Source of the DNA: an uncultured Acidobacteriota bacterium
GTDB lineage: Bacteria; Acidobacteriota; Vicinamibacteria; Vicinamibacterales; UBA2999
Direction of reading: 5' to 3'
NCBI GenBank assembly: GCA_963773045.1
Contig: CAVYZT010000015.1
Location: 8,444-72,443 of the forward strand
DNA length: 64,000 bases
Both the position numbers and the translations under genes were made by a program. Numbering within the stretch: the first letter of the stretch is position 1; every line of letters starts with the position of its first letter. The notes under the pieces are model-generated. The model was not told where the DNA came from, made no database searches, and worked only from the letters and a program-made list of their open reading frames with translations. Of the stretch, positions 19,877 to 30,701 are shown piece after piece.

Positions 19877-21278
19877 GCCAACCCAAACCGCTTGCGTTTC
19901 CGCTGAAGCGTTGTCGCATCAATCTCAAGCGTCCTCGCGGCGGACTTCCAACGAGGGCGACTGTGAAACGACCCGAGCAATGTGCTCCCGCTCCAACACT
20001 TCCAGCGAGACGAGGGCGCCGACGCGCACGCGCTGCGAGGCGCCATCGGCGGCAGCGGCGGTTGTCATGGAAGCCGAGATCAGCGGGCTCCAGCACATTG
20101 TGTGGACGAGAGGATGACCGCGCGCTCGACTGTGTTTCTCAACTCGCGGAGATTGCCCGGCCAGGATGCGCGACCATCACTTGCTCGGTGGATGGCGAGA
20201 AGGTGAGAGTCGGACGGCGCTGCTTCTGGCTGAAGATCGATAGGTAGTGATGCGCGAAGAACAGAATGTCTTCCGGCCGCTGTCGAAGCGCTGGCAGGGT
20301 TAGCATGACGACGTTGAGCCGATAGAAGAGGTCTTCGCGAAAACGGCCCGACGTGACGTCAGCTTCGAGCGCACGGTTCGTCGCGGCAATCAGTCTCACG
20401 TCCGCGCGTCGCTCATGCGCCTCGCCGAGCCGTTCATACGTCTGATCGTTCAAGAAGCGGAGCATGCGAGCTTGAGCATCGGCAGTGAGCTCGCCGACTT
20501 CGTCAAGCAGCAGCGTACCGCCTTCGGCTTCCTGAACCTTGCCAGCCACGTCCGCGATGGCGCCGGTAAAGGCGCCCTTGCGATGGCCAAACAGCGCGCT
20601 GGTCATCAGATCGCCAGAAAGCGCGGGGCAGTTGACAGTCACGAACGGGGCACTGGCTCGCGAACTATTCGCCCGAATCCATCGGGCCACCACGTTCTTG
20701 CCCGTGCCACTTTCACCTCGCAACAGGATCACGGCGTCCGAGGCTGAGGCCCGCGCGGCTGTCTGCATGAATCGCGAAAAAGTCTGGCTACGCGAGCTGA
20801 AGAGGGCAGGCTCACCGCTCTCGTCGAGCTCTTCTTGAAGCTCGATCAGCCGTCGTTTCAGTCGCTGGGCTTCGACAATTCGATTCGCCGTCAATCGAAT
20901 CTGATCCGGCGTGAATGGTTTCGGGACGTAGTCGACGGCGCCGCGCTTGACCGCGTCGACCGCACTTTCGATCGACGCGAACGCCGTGATCACGACTACT
21001 GGCAATTCCGGCTGGCGCACCAACATCTGCGGCAGCACGTCGAGTCCCGCATCGGCGCCGAGCCACAGGTCGAGGAACACGAGATCGAAGTGTCCGCGGT
21101 CCAACGCTTCGAGCGCCGCAACACTGGTGGCGACTCCCAACACACGCCCCCCAGCGGCTTCGAGGCAGAGACGCACAGACTGGCGTACGCCCGCATCGTC
21201 GTCCACGACCAGCGCCGCCCATGGTGCTTTGGTGGTGATGGTCGCGTCGCTCGGGTGGCGGCTAAGCTCCTGTTCCAT
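19873..21278 (-). pseudogene. Sigma-54-dependent response regulator (NtrC family), frameshifted in its 3' third as assembled
   Basis: Receiver domain (VVDDD), GESGTGK and GAFTGA lie in ORF 20139..21353. WPGNLRELRN and the Fis-type HTH (AARTLEIDATTLQRKRKRFGLA) lie in other frames. GTGA overlap with the kinase start. Confidence 0.75.
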
Positions 21279-21558
21279 CGGTCGGTTCTTTATGCTTCGG
21301 CTGAACGATTGAGGTGATGGTGATTCGTTCTCATCGCAAGATCTCGGCCACACCCCGATCTTCTCGAGTGTCTATAGCACGCCGGACCCCGTGACCACGC
21401 CTCGATGACGTCCCGGCAAATTGCCGGAAGGCCGACCGCGGCACGCCGCAAAAGACCGCGACAGTCTCGCGAGTCGTGAGTGAGCCGAGCCCGAAGAATC
21501 GCATTTCGAGCCGCCCGAGGCAATCGTTCATCCGCGGTCGGCGTGTCCTGCCCATCGC

Positions 21559-23175
21559 GTGGCCGATGGCTTGCAACGTCGCGACTCGGCGTCGAGTGCG
21601 GCGGGCTATGATCCGAGCGTTCATCCTCGCCACGAATCGCCAGCGATGCCCGCGCCTTCTCTACTCCACCCGCGTCATCACGTGCGGGTGATCCTGTCTT
21701 CGCCGGCGCTGCAGCCGTTCATGTCGGTTCGGAAGGGCGCCGCGCACGCGATTGCGCAAATCGGAGTGGCGGCGTTCATTGTGCCCGGTCTGGCGCGAGT
21801 GAGCCTCGGGCCGTCGGCAGGATGGTTCGTGCTCGCCGCCACCATCCTTGCGGCGTTCGTGCGCGCCATCGAAGTGGAGAGCTGGGCGTTGCTCATTCCC
21901 GGCGGGTTTGTCGGCCGGGTCAAGCGAGCGTTTGGAGTTCCCGCAGCGCGCGTCGCCGCTGCCGTCACCCTGGTCGAGCGCCTCCTGCTTGGCGGACTCG
22001 CGGCGGTCGTCATCGGGCATTACGTCGCCGGCGTTGGCGTCATCGCGATTGCGGGTTGGCGCTTTACCGGTTTCGTCAGGCCCGAGGATCTCGCCACGAT
22101 TGTCGCGGTCGGTGCGATTGGGCTCTTGTGGATTCGTGCCCGACTTGGCCGAGTTAGCGGCACCGACGCGATCGCACGAGGCGTGTGGATCGGTACTGCG
22201 ATCGTCGGGGTCATCATCGTTTGGGGTGTGGTGACAGTGGTGCGCGATCCCGCCGGCACGATGCTGTCGTTTGGATCGCCGCCCACCTTCACGCCCCTCA
22301 CAGGCTGGCCGCCGATCGAGGCCGCGCTCGTCTACGCGTTGGGCATCGGCGTCACATTACCCATGCTCAATGGCGGCGAAGCGTTGGCGCGCGCCGCTCA
22401 CGAGTTTGAAGCGCCGCGCGTGCAAGCGCTGCGACGGACGGCGTTCATCACCTTCGTCTTTTCGATCCTCGTCACCGCACTTGCCACCTTTTTGATCGTA
22501 TGGCTGGTCCCAAGCACCGAGGCCGCTGGCTGGCAAGATGCGCCGCTGGTTGGACTGGGGCAGCATCTCTTGGCCCCCCCTTGGCTTCGCGATTTGCTGG
22601 CGCTGGCGCTCATCGGTGCCGTGGTACTGACGCTGTTGCCCGCGGTTTCGGTGGCGCTCAACGACGGCGAGCAGATCCTGCATCGGTTGTCGCGTGACGG
22701 AACGCTCCCAGGTAGTTTTGCGGACCTCGATGCGCAACTCGGCATTCCCGCACGTGCCTTCGACGTCAGCGCCGCCATCATGGTCCTCGCCATTGTCGTG
22801 AGCGGGGGCCGGTTGACATGGCTCGCGAGCGGCTACGGTCTGAGCCTCGCAGCGGTGCTGACACTCACCATTGCGGCCTTGGTTCGATTGCGAAGTACGC
22901 ACGGAGCCACGCTGGCCTTCAAGGCGCCGGGCAATCCGAGCGTGTTCGGTCGCGATCTTCCACTCGGACTCGTCGGGCCGGGAATCGTCATTGCGGCCAG
23001 TGCCGTTGCGGTGATCGCGAGCGGCGACTTCGGCTCGACCGCGGCGTCGGTCCTCATTGGCGCTTTGGCCTTCTGGTTCACGGCCGGTGGGCGAGAAGTG
23101 GAGACCGTCACTGCCGGACAGCCTCGACACGTTCGATCTGTTGCCGGCTCGCGAGCTCTCGCTCGATCACGTTGA
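21559..23175 (+). CDS. Polytopic membrane protein (APC-superfamily-like permease); start uncertain
   Basis: About 12 hydrophobic segments. It runs into the next ORF in another frame around 23110-23125. Confidence 0.45.
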   Translation: MADGLQRRDSASSAAGYDPSVHPRHESPAMPAPSLLHPRHHVRVILSSPALQPFMSVRKGAAHAIAQIGVAAFIVPGLARVSLGPSAGWFVLAATILAAFVRAIEVESWALLIPGGFVGRVKRAFGVPAARVAAAVTLVERLLLGGLAAVVIGHYVAGVGVIAIAGWRFTGFVRPEDLATIVAVGAIGLLWIRARLGRVSGTDAIARGVWIGTAIVGVIIVWGVVTVVRDPAGTMLSFGSPPTFTPLTGWPPIEAALVYALGIGVTLPMLNGGEALARAAHEFEAPRVQALRRTAFITFVFSILVTALATFLIVWLVPSTEAAGWQDAPLVGLGQHLLAPPWLRDLLALALIGAVVLTLLPAVSVALNDGEQILHRLSRDGTLPGSFADLDAQLGIPARAFDVSAAIMVLAIVVSGGRLTWLASGYGLSLAAVLTLTIAALVRLRSTHGATLAFKAPGNPSVFGRDLPLGLVGPGIVIAASAVAVIASGDFGSTAASVLIGALAFWFTAGGREVETVTAGQPRHVRSVAGSRALARSR

Positions 23176-25180
23176 CGCCAGGCCTGGGAACGTGCTGGTG
23201 GCGGTTCGCAATCCGCATGCGCTGGCTCAGGTCGTCGCCGCGCTCAAGACCCCCACCGATCGAGACATTGTCGTGATGACGGTCCGGCTCCTTGGCGTGG
23301 ACGTCGGTGAAGACGCGCCAGTCGACACGGCGCCGACACCCGCCGAGCGGCGCCTGCTCTCCGAAGTCGTCGCCCTGGCGGAACGGCACGGTCGTCCCGT
23401 TCGCCTGCTCGTCGTGCCCGCGCACGACGTCTTTGACGCGATCGTCGCGACGGTCCTTCGACTTCGCTCCTCCGATGTGCACGTGGGCGAGTCGTCCACG
23501 CTGACGTCGGACGCTCAGGCGCGGTTGCTTGGCGAAGCGTGGGAGCGGACGGACAAGCCGCAGCCTCTCGATCTTCGCCTCGTCGTGTATCACCGCAGCG
23601 GGCGGAGCGATACGTATCACATCGGCGCCCACCCGCCAGCTCTGACCCCGGCCGATCTGGATCTGATTCACCGCCTCTGGCTCGATGCCACACACACGAT
23701 TGGCCCGCACGTGCATCATCACGACGTCGTGCGGGCGGCCCTGACACATATGGAACAACAACTGAACGGACCGCAGCGCGACGACGCGCTGACTGCCATT
23801 CGAGAGACGGCACGATTTGCCGACGAATTGTCCGCCGTGCTTCGCGGCCGCGACTATGCACGGCTCCGCGACATGATGCGGAATCGGCACGCCGGTGAAG
23901 TGGCCGCCTTGTTGACGGCGCTGACGCTCGAGGATCAAGTGGTGGTCTTCCGCGTGCTGCCTCGAAAGGATGCCGCCGAAGCATTCGAATACCTGTCACA
24001 TGAAGCGAAAGAGGCCCTCCTCAAGGCGATGGCGCAAGAGGACGTGGCGGCGCTACTCAACAATATGGCGCCCGACGATCGGACGCTGTTCCTCGACGAG
24101 CTCCCCGCCAGTGTGACGCGCCAGTTGCTCAGCCTCCTCACACCGAAGGAACGATCGGTCGCACTCACACTGCTCGGCTATCCCGAGCGTTCGATCGGCC
24201 GCTTGATGACGCCGCACTACGTGGCGGTGCGAGAGCGTTGGACGGTACGGGAGGTGTTGGACTACGTCCGCACGCACGGGCAGGACAGCGAGACGCTCAA
24301 TGTGATCTACGTCGTCGATGAGCAGGGCGTGTTGATCGACGACTTTGGCATTCGCGAGTTGCTTCTCGCCGCTCCTGACAGTCAGATCTCGAACCTGATG
24401 GATCGTCGCTTCGTTGCCCTGAAAGGCACCGACGATCAGACTGCTGCGGTCAACGTGTTCCGGCAATACGATCGCACTGCGTTGCCGGTGACCGACTCAG
24501 CTGGGGTACTCATCGGCATCGTCACGATCGACGACGTGCTCGATGTGGCCGAAGACGCGGCGACGCGAGAGATTCAGCGCATCGGCGGTTCCGAAGCGTT
24601 GGACGAGCCCTACATGCGCATCGCCCTTGGCCGGATGATTCAGAAGCGCGCCGGCTGGCTCACCGCGCTGTTTCTTGGGGAGATGCTCACGGCCACCGCG
24701 ATGGGGTCGTTCGAAGCGGAAATCTCGCGCGCGGTCGTACTGGCTCTCTTCGTTCCATTGATCATTTCGAGCGGTGGCAACTCGGGATCGCAGGCGTCCA
24801 CTCTGGTCATTCGCGCCCTCGCCCTCGGCGAAGTAGGGCTCGGAGACTGGTGGCGAGTCATGCGGCGTGAACTTCTGGTCGGCTTGTCCTTGGGCGCCAT
24901 ACTCGGAACCATCGGTTTTCTGCGCATTACGCTCTGGTCGGTGTTCTCCGACATCTATGGGCCCCATTGGTTCTTGATTGCCGTGACCGTTGCGGTGTCG
25001 TTGGTCGGGGTTGTGCTGTGGGGAAGCCTCAGTGGCTCGCTGCTGCCGTTCCTCTTGCGTCGATTGGGCTTCGATCCAGCCGCGTCGTCGGCGCCGTTTG
25101 TCGCGACGCTGGTCGACGTGACCGGCCTCGTGATTTACTTCAGCGTCGCGATCGTTGTTCTGCACGGCACGCTGCTTTGA
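23057..25180 (+). CDS. mgtE: Usp-like domain (23057-~23700) continuous with a full MgtE magnesium transporter (Met at 23750 onward)
   Basis: VLVAVRNPHAL...LLVVPAHDVFDAIV is USP-like. It is followed by the MgtE N-domain, a CBS pair and GGNSGSQASTLVIRALALGE. There is no stop between the two parts. Confidence 0.8.
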   Translation: MALWPSGSRPVGEKWRPSLPDSLDTFDLLPARELSLDHVDARPGNVLVAVRNPHALAQVVAALKTPTDRDIVVMTVRLLGVDVGEDAPVDTAPTPAERRLLSEVVALAERHGRPVRLLVVPAHDVFDAIVATVLRLRSSDVHVGESSTLTSDAQARLLGEAWERTDKPQPLDLRLVVYHRSGRSDTYHIGAHPPALTPADLDLIHRLWLDATHTIGPHVHHHDVVRAALTHMEQQLNGPQRDDALTAIRETARFADELSAVLRGRDYARLRDMMRNRHAGEVAALLTALTLEDQVVVFRVLPRKDAAEAFEYLSHEAKEALLKAMAQEDVAALLNNMAPDDRTLFLDELPASVTRQLLSLLTPKERSVALTLLGYPERSIGRLMTPHYVAVRERWTVREVLDYVRTHGQDSETLNVIYVVDEQGVLIDDFGIRELLLAAPDSQISNLMDRRFVALKGTDDQTAAVNVFRQYDRTALPVTDSAGVLIGIVTIDDVLDVAEDAATREIQRIGGSEALDEPYMRIALGRMIQKRAGWLTALFLGEMLTATAMGSFEAEISRAVVLALFVPLIISSGGNSGSQASTLVIRALALGEVGLGDWWRVMRRELLVGLSLGAILGTIGFLRITLWSVFSDIYGPHWFLIAVTVAVSLVGVVLWGSLSGSLLPFLLRRLGFDPAASSAPFVATLVDVTGLVIYFSVAIVVLHGTLL

Positions 25181-25262
25181 CAACTGCGACTCGTGCGTGT
25201 GGGCTTTTTGAGCGCATCCCGTGAACAGGCTGTGATTGTGTCTCCAGGAACGGAGGTTCCAA

Positions 25263-26066
25263 ATGCTGCGCGTCCCTCGACTGCCGGTCGTGGTCTTCGG
25301 CGTGTTTATCTGGACGATATCGTGCTTCGCCACGGTCTCAATCGGCTTGGCGCAGCAGACGGCGGCGCCCGAGAGCGCCAAGACCTGGCTCGATCACCGT
25401 CAGGCGATGGAGGACTATTTACGAACCGCTGAGGTCGTCAAGATGGAGGACATTGGTCTCGGTGTGACGAGACCGAGACGCGCGTACCTCGCTCCTGGCG
25501 GCCTGTTCGATCGCATGGCGTTCAAGACGATCAGGCCCGGCTACCATCAAGGCTTCTGGGAGAGCTACAAATCGGAGGTCGCGGCCTACGAACTCGACAA
25601 GTTTCTCGGGCTCGACATGATTCCACCGACCGTCGAACGCAAGGTCAAGAACGAAATTGGCGCAGCCGTCATGTGGGTCTCTTCAACCAAGAGTTTCAAG
25701 GACCTGGGCGGACCGCCCACTCCACCTCCTGCGCAGGTCGCGGCGTGGAGCCGGCAGCTCATCCGCGCCAAGATGTTCGACAATCTCATCTGCAACATCG
25801 ATCCAAACCTCGGGAACTGGCTGGTCGATTCGTCCTGGAACCTCGTCTTGATCGATCACACGCGGTCGTTCACGACCAAAAAGGACGTCCCGCACGAGGT
25901 CACTCGCGTCGATCGGGAACTGTGGAATCGGATGAAGGCGCTGAGTGTCGAGACCCTGACCCCGGTAATTGGGACGTGGATTGGTGAGAAAGAAATCCGG
26001 GCCATCATCGAACGCCGAGATCGCCTGCAAGGCCATCATCGACAAACTCGTCACGTCAAAGGGTGA
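25263..26066 (+). CDS. Secreted hypothetical protein with PI3/PI4-kinase-like (atypical kinase) motifs
   Basis: GGAGG RBS and a signal peptide. Contains FDNLICNIDPNLGNWLV (catalytic-loop-like) and LIDHTRSF (DFG-like). Confidence 0.7.
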   Translation: MLRVPRLPVVVFGVFIWTISCFATVSIGLAQQTAAPESAKTWLDHRQAMEDYLRTAEVVKMEDIGLGVTRPRRAYLAPGGLFDRMAFKTIRPGYHQGFWESYKSEVAAYELDKFLGLDMIPPTVERKVKNEIGAAVMWVSSTKSFKDLGGPPTPPPAQVAAWSRQLIRAKMFDNLICNIDPNLGNWLVDSSWNLVLIDHTRSFTTKKDVPHEVTRVDRELWNRMKALSVETLTPVIGTWIGEKEIRAIIERRDRLQGHHRQTRHVKG

Positions 26067-26266
26067 GGCCGCCGTCTTCGTCCAGTAGCGATCGTTATCA
26101 TCGCCTCGACCTTTCGCGCGCGCGGCGGACCGAAGCGTGTCGACGCGTTTTGCTGGCAGTCGCGAGGCGCCGCTTTCCTGCATTCTGCATGGACACGCCT
26201 TGGAACGTCGACGAACAGACCACCGCTTCAATCTACGGTAGTGTCTTCCTCTGGCGTGGTCTTTGC

Positions 26267-27216
26267 GTGCCTAAGCAGCCAGTGCGATTATCGTGGCTGC
26301 CGCCGTTGCTTTTCTGCGTGCTACTGACGGGTTCTCTGGGTGATCCATGCCCAGGAGCCTCGCACCGACGTTCAAGGCGACTGTCGCACTCGTGCCGATG
26401 ACGGCTGTTGTTCGCGATTCACGCAATCGCCTGGTGCAGGATCTTCGGCGCGATGACTTCCAGGTATTCGAGAATGGCCGCCAGCGCGCGATTGTCGACT
26501 TCAACGCGACCGCGCACGGACCGGTGAGCGTGGCTCTTCTCTTCGACACCAGTGGAAGCATGCGCATCGGATCCAACCTGGAGAATGCCAAAGGCGTCGT
26601 GGAGCATCTGCTGAGCTGGCTCGAGCCGTCTCGAGACGAAGTCGGTCGTTATTCACGTTTGACCGTGCGGTTCGCCGAGAGGCCGCATTTACGACCGATC
26701 GCGACCAGATTCGCGGGCACTCCGCGGTCTCGCACCGACGGGCGTCACGTCGCTTTATGACGCAATCGCGGAGACAGCCAAGCAAATCGACGATCGGAGC
26801 ACACGTCGGCGAGCGCTCGTGGTCGTGACCGATGGCGTCGATACGAGCAGCAGGCTGACGGCGCCTGAAGTCTCAGCCGTGGCAAGCGCGATCGACGTGC
26901 CGGTCTATGTGATGGCGGTTGTGTCACCCCTCGATCATCGAGGGAGCGCCACAGCTGTCGTGCCGGATGCGGACGAGGACCGTCCGGTCTCTCGAGTCTG
27001 GCGTATTGGACCGGCGGAAGCCTCAGGTACGTCAGCGCGGCTGCGCATGCCAGCGTGGCCAGTCGGGAATTGATTGCGGAGTTGCGACAGCAGTACTCCT
27101 TGGCGATCGAATCGGCTGTGACGCCGGGCTGGCATCGGCTCGAGGTCAAGACCAAACGCAAGGGGCTCTCAGTGCGTGCCAGGACCGGCTACTTTGCCAG
27201 TGCACTTCGTCGGTGA
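26267..27216 (+). pseudogene. VWA domain protein (TIGR03436-like), at least 3 frameshifts as assembled
   Basis: Signal peptide frame 26267-, FKATVALVPMTAVVRD...DTSGSM (26347..26760), VVTDGVDTSS (26819..27073), and C-terminus ...RLEVKTKRKGLSVRARTGYF in a third frame. Confidence 0.7.
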
Positions 27217-27298
27217 GCCAGTCGCGCACGTCGCGGATTCCCGTTCCACAGCAACGGGTCTCGAAATCACAGATTCCGAGTGCTTGGCGACGAGTCAC

Positions 27299-29288
27299 AT
27301 GCGGCAGTCGGCGGTGACCAACATGGCGCTCTTGGTTCGTGCTCGGCGTCACGTTGCCGGCTGGGCAGGCGCGGAGAGGTGCTGCCACGTTTCCGAGCCG
27401 GCGCCAGCTTGGTTCGCGTCGACGCGTACATTTCGCAGGACGGCGTTCCTGATCACGGATCATTCGGCCCGCCGAGATCGACGTCCTTGAAGATGATCGA
27501 CCGCAGAGGGTCGAGAGCATCGAGCTTTTCGACTGCCGGAAGCAACAGAGCACGCCGGGAACGCGAGCGTTGACACCTCGGACAACGCGCTATTTGTGCT
27601 GTTCTTCGATATTCCGCACATCAAACCGGACCGTTCTACGCGTGCACAAGGCGCAGATGTCCACAGCTGCTCAATAGCGTGACTCGGCCCAAGGATCTCG
27701 TCGGCGTCATGACGCCGGAGATGTCGGCACAGAACATCGGGCCGGCGCCTCGAGCTGACGGCCTCGACCGGATGCTCAGCGACGTGTGGGGATTCAGCAG
27801 AGTCGATGCACTCGAGACGTGTAGACGCGCGTGAACACGAATTGGAGCAATGCTATTCGGAGACGGCGCCAACAACCGGTGCGTCAGGAGGCGCGACAAC
27901 GGCAGGGGTGGCGAAGCAGCTCATCGAACGGCGCCGCGAGCAGAAGACGTTGCGTGCGATCGACGATTTGGTGACGTACTTGAGGGGCTACGCAAGGAGC
28001 GGAAGTTCGTTGTGATTCTCTCGGACGGTTGGGTCCTGTTCAGACGGAGCGAACAGACCGTAACGCCGCCGACGAAAGGGGACGCTCGCCTGACAACAAG
28101 TGCCGGATTCGAGTCATGCGAACGGGAGCGAGTGACGCTGTCGTTGGTCGATGACGCTGTCGAGGCGCGAAAGCTTGCCCAACGCGCGAACCGCGCGAAC
28201 GTCAGCTTCTATCCGATCAGCCCGCGCGGATTCGAGTCTGGTTCGATCGCAGACGACGGCTGACGATCGGAACGCGACGAGTGCACGCCATAACGGGTTG
28301 CGCGAACTCGCCGCGCAGACCGACGGCATTGCGATGCTGGACGCCAACGATGCCGTTGGCGGCGCCGCGCGACTGTCGCGGATGTTGGTTCGCACTACGT
28401 GATCAGCTATTACTCCTCAAACCGCAACTTGGACGGCCGCTTTCGACGAATCGCTGTCCGCGTCAGGCGAGATGGGGTGGAGGTGCGGACGCGGCCGGGC
28501 TACCTCTCGCTGACCGCTGCAGAAGGGCGTACGTACGGTCTCGGTCCTTCAGAGGCCAACGAGCAGTGCGACGTTTCCGCCACCTTCTCCGAGCTTCCGT
28601 CGCTCCTGGGGCGGTTGCGATCTGGCGGCAATCCAGCGGTTCGGGTGCAGGCGTCGGGCGGCTTAGGCGGTGTGATTCAACGCCGTCGTGGAACTCGACG
28701 CCGCTGACGCTCAAAAGCAGGCAGGGTGGCTGACAGGCTGGGATGTTCGGTTGGTCGTTGAACCCGAGAGTGGCGGTCGAGCGTACAGCGTCGATTCGGT
28801 GCTTGAGCCCGGCCAGCGCTTTGCGACCTTGGAGTCCGAGAGCCGGGCTCGCGCCCGGGCGGTATTTGGTTCACGCTGAGCTGAAGGCCACAGAACGCCC
28901 GACAATGCTCCAAGGAAGCACGTCGACCACCGTCCCCGCTGTGACGGCGATGGTCGGCAGCGCGCGATCGTGCGACGCAGAGGGCCAGGAACTGCGATGG
29001 CCTATGAACCGACGGCCGACCCACGGTTTCGGCGCACCGAGCGGCTGCGGATTGAGGTGCCGGTCATGGAAAAGGGAGTCACGTCGAGTGCGCGTGTGTT
29101 GACTCGCCAGGGCCACCCCATGCTTCTGACGGTCGAGACGAGCGAACGGGTCGATGGATCACAGGATTGGGCGGTAGCGGACGTTGGATTGGCGCCGCTC
29201 GCCGCCGGTGACTACATCTTCGAAATGTCATTCGCCGCGAATGGCAGGTCCGAAGTCGTGACTTATCGCATTTCGGTTGGTGCCTTGA
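27299..29288 (+). pseudogene. Long VWA-type protein (TIGR03436-like N-terminus), at least 5 frameshifts as assembled
   Basis: FRAGASLVRVDAYISQDGVP, LVGVMTPEMSA, KFVVILSDGW, ANVSFYPISPRG and YYSSNRNLDGRFRRIAVRV are collinear but in different frames. The start and the end (..IAFRLVP) are inferred. Confidence 0.6.
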
Positions 29289-29332
29289 GGATGCTTGCGC
29301 AGGCATCGATGACGATCGTTGCGAGTGAGCTC

Positions 29333-30242
29333 ATGCCGGTAGGGACGGTTCATTTTTCCGCCACTCGCGATCGTCGCGGCATCCTTGAGCGTCGTCGCAT
29401 CGGCACAGGACCAGCCGATCTTCAAGTCGGCCATTCGCACCGTGCCGGTCTACGCGACCGTCGTCGACGGCAGCGGCCGGCTGGTAGCCGAGCTGAGTCG
29501 GTCTGAGTTTTCGGTCACCGACAACGGCAGGCCAGCCGATGTGTCACTGTTCTCGAACGAGTCGCAGCCATTCACGGCCGTCGTCATGCTCGACACGAGC
29601 GCGAGCATGACGGCCAATCTCAAGCTGCTGAACCGCGCTGCCGAGCAATTCCTCCTTCGCCTGTTGCCAGTCGATCGCGCGCAAGTCGGCGCCTTCAACG
29701 ACAAGATTCAATTGAGCGGAACATTCACGAACAATCGTGACGAACTCATTCGAGCGCTCGACGACCTGTTCTTTGGCAATCCCACCCGCCTCTACGACGG
29801 GATTGCCGCTGGCCTTGACGCGCTGCGCGGCGCCGAAGGGCGTCGCGTGATTCTCGTATTCACGGACGGCGACGACACGGCCAGCAAAATCGATTTCAAG
29901 AACGTGCTCGAGCGCGCGCGCGATGAAGAGGTGATGGTGTACGCGATTGGGCTCGAGTCGGAGTACTTCGACGGACAACGCAGTCGTTCAGAACTCGGCC
30001 GTCTCGAGACTTGAGGAAGATCGCGGACGAGACCGGAGGAGGGTACTTCGAGCTCGCAAAGACGGTGGATTTGTCGCCGACCTTCTCGCGCGTCGCACAG
30101 GAATTGCGAAGCCACTACTTGATTGGGTTTGCGCCAGCCACGCTTGACGGTAAGGTGCACAAATTGGAAGTGCGCGTCGTCAAAACCCGGGATGACGGTT
30201 CGGGCGAGAAGGAGCTATCTGGCCGCGCCAGATCGCAGTTGA
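29333..30242 (+). pseudogene. VWA domain protein (TIGR03436-like), at least 3 frameshifts as assembled
   Basis: The signal peptide is restored by removing one T from T5 (29353-29357). The core is 29385..30014 (DTSASM, FTDGDD). The C-terminus [21 protein letters not shown] is restored by removing one A from A4 (30182-30185). Confidence 0.75.
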
Positions 30243-30259
30243 GCGCCGACGTGCTCCTT

Positions 30260-30547
30260 CTCAAGGCCTGTCGCTACCGAGTCTCCTTCTTCCTGGCTGT
30301 CCCCACACTCCTTGCGGCCGGAGCGTATCAGCTCTACAAGGAGCGCGCGTTGCTCTCAGCCGTAGATGCCGGCTGGTTTGGTGTGGGCTTTCTCGCGTCG
30401 TTCGTCTCGGCGTTCTTTTGCGTCCGCTGGCTGCTCCGCTATGTCAGCGCGCATGATCTCAGACCCTTTGCTTGGTATCGAATCGCTTTCGGTCTGGTCG
30501 TGATCGTGACTGCGGATGCCGGAGTCGTAAGTTGGACAGTCAGATAG
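30260..30547 (+). pseudogene. uppP: 3' fragment (last ~95 codons) of undecaprenyl-diphosphate phosphatase
   Basis: [19 protein letters not shown]...[31 protein letters not shown] matches the UppP/BacA C-terminus. There is no N-terminal ~170 aa; the VWA gene abuts it. Confidence 0.55.
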
Positions 30548-30701
30548 CGATGTCTGCTGCCGGCGGAGGCGGTGGGCGAAGGCCGAACTGGCAAGGAAGA
30601 TTGGTGACTGGTGCGGTTCCTAGTGCTGTTGGGGAGCGACGTCGAGATCGTCGTGAGACAGCGGCCCGAACAGACGGCCGGCGCGCAAGAATCATCGTCG
30701 C

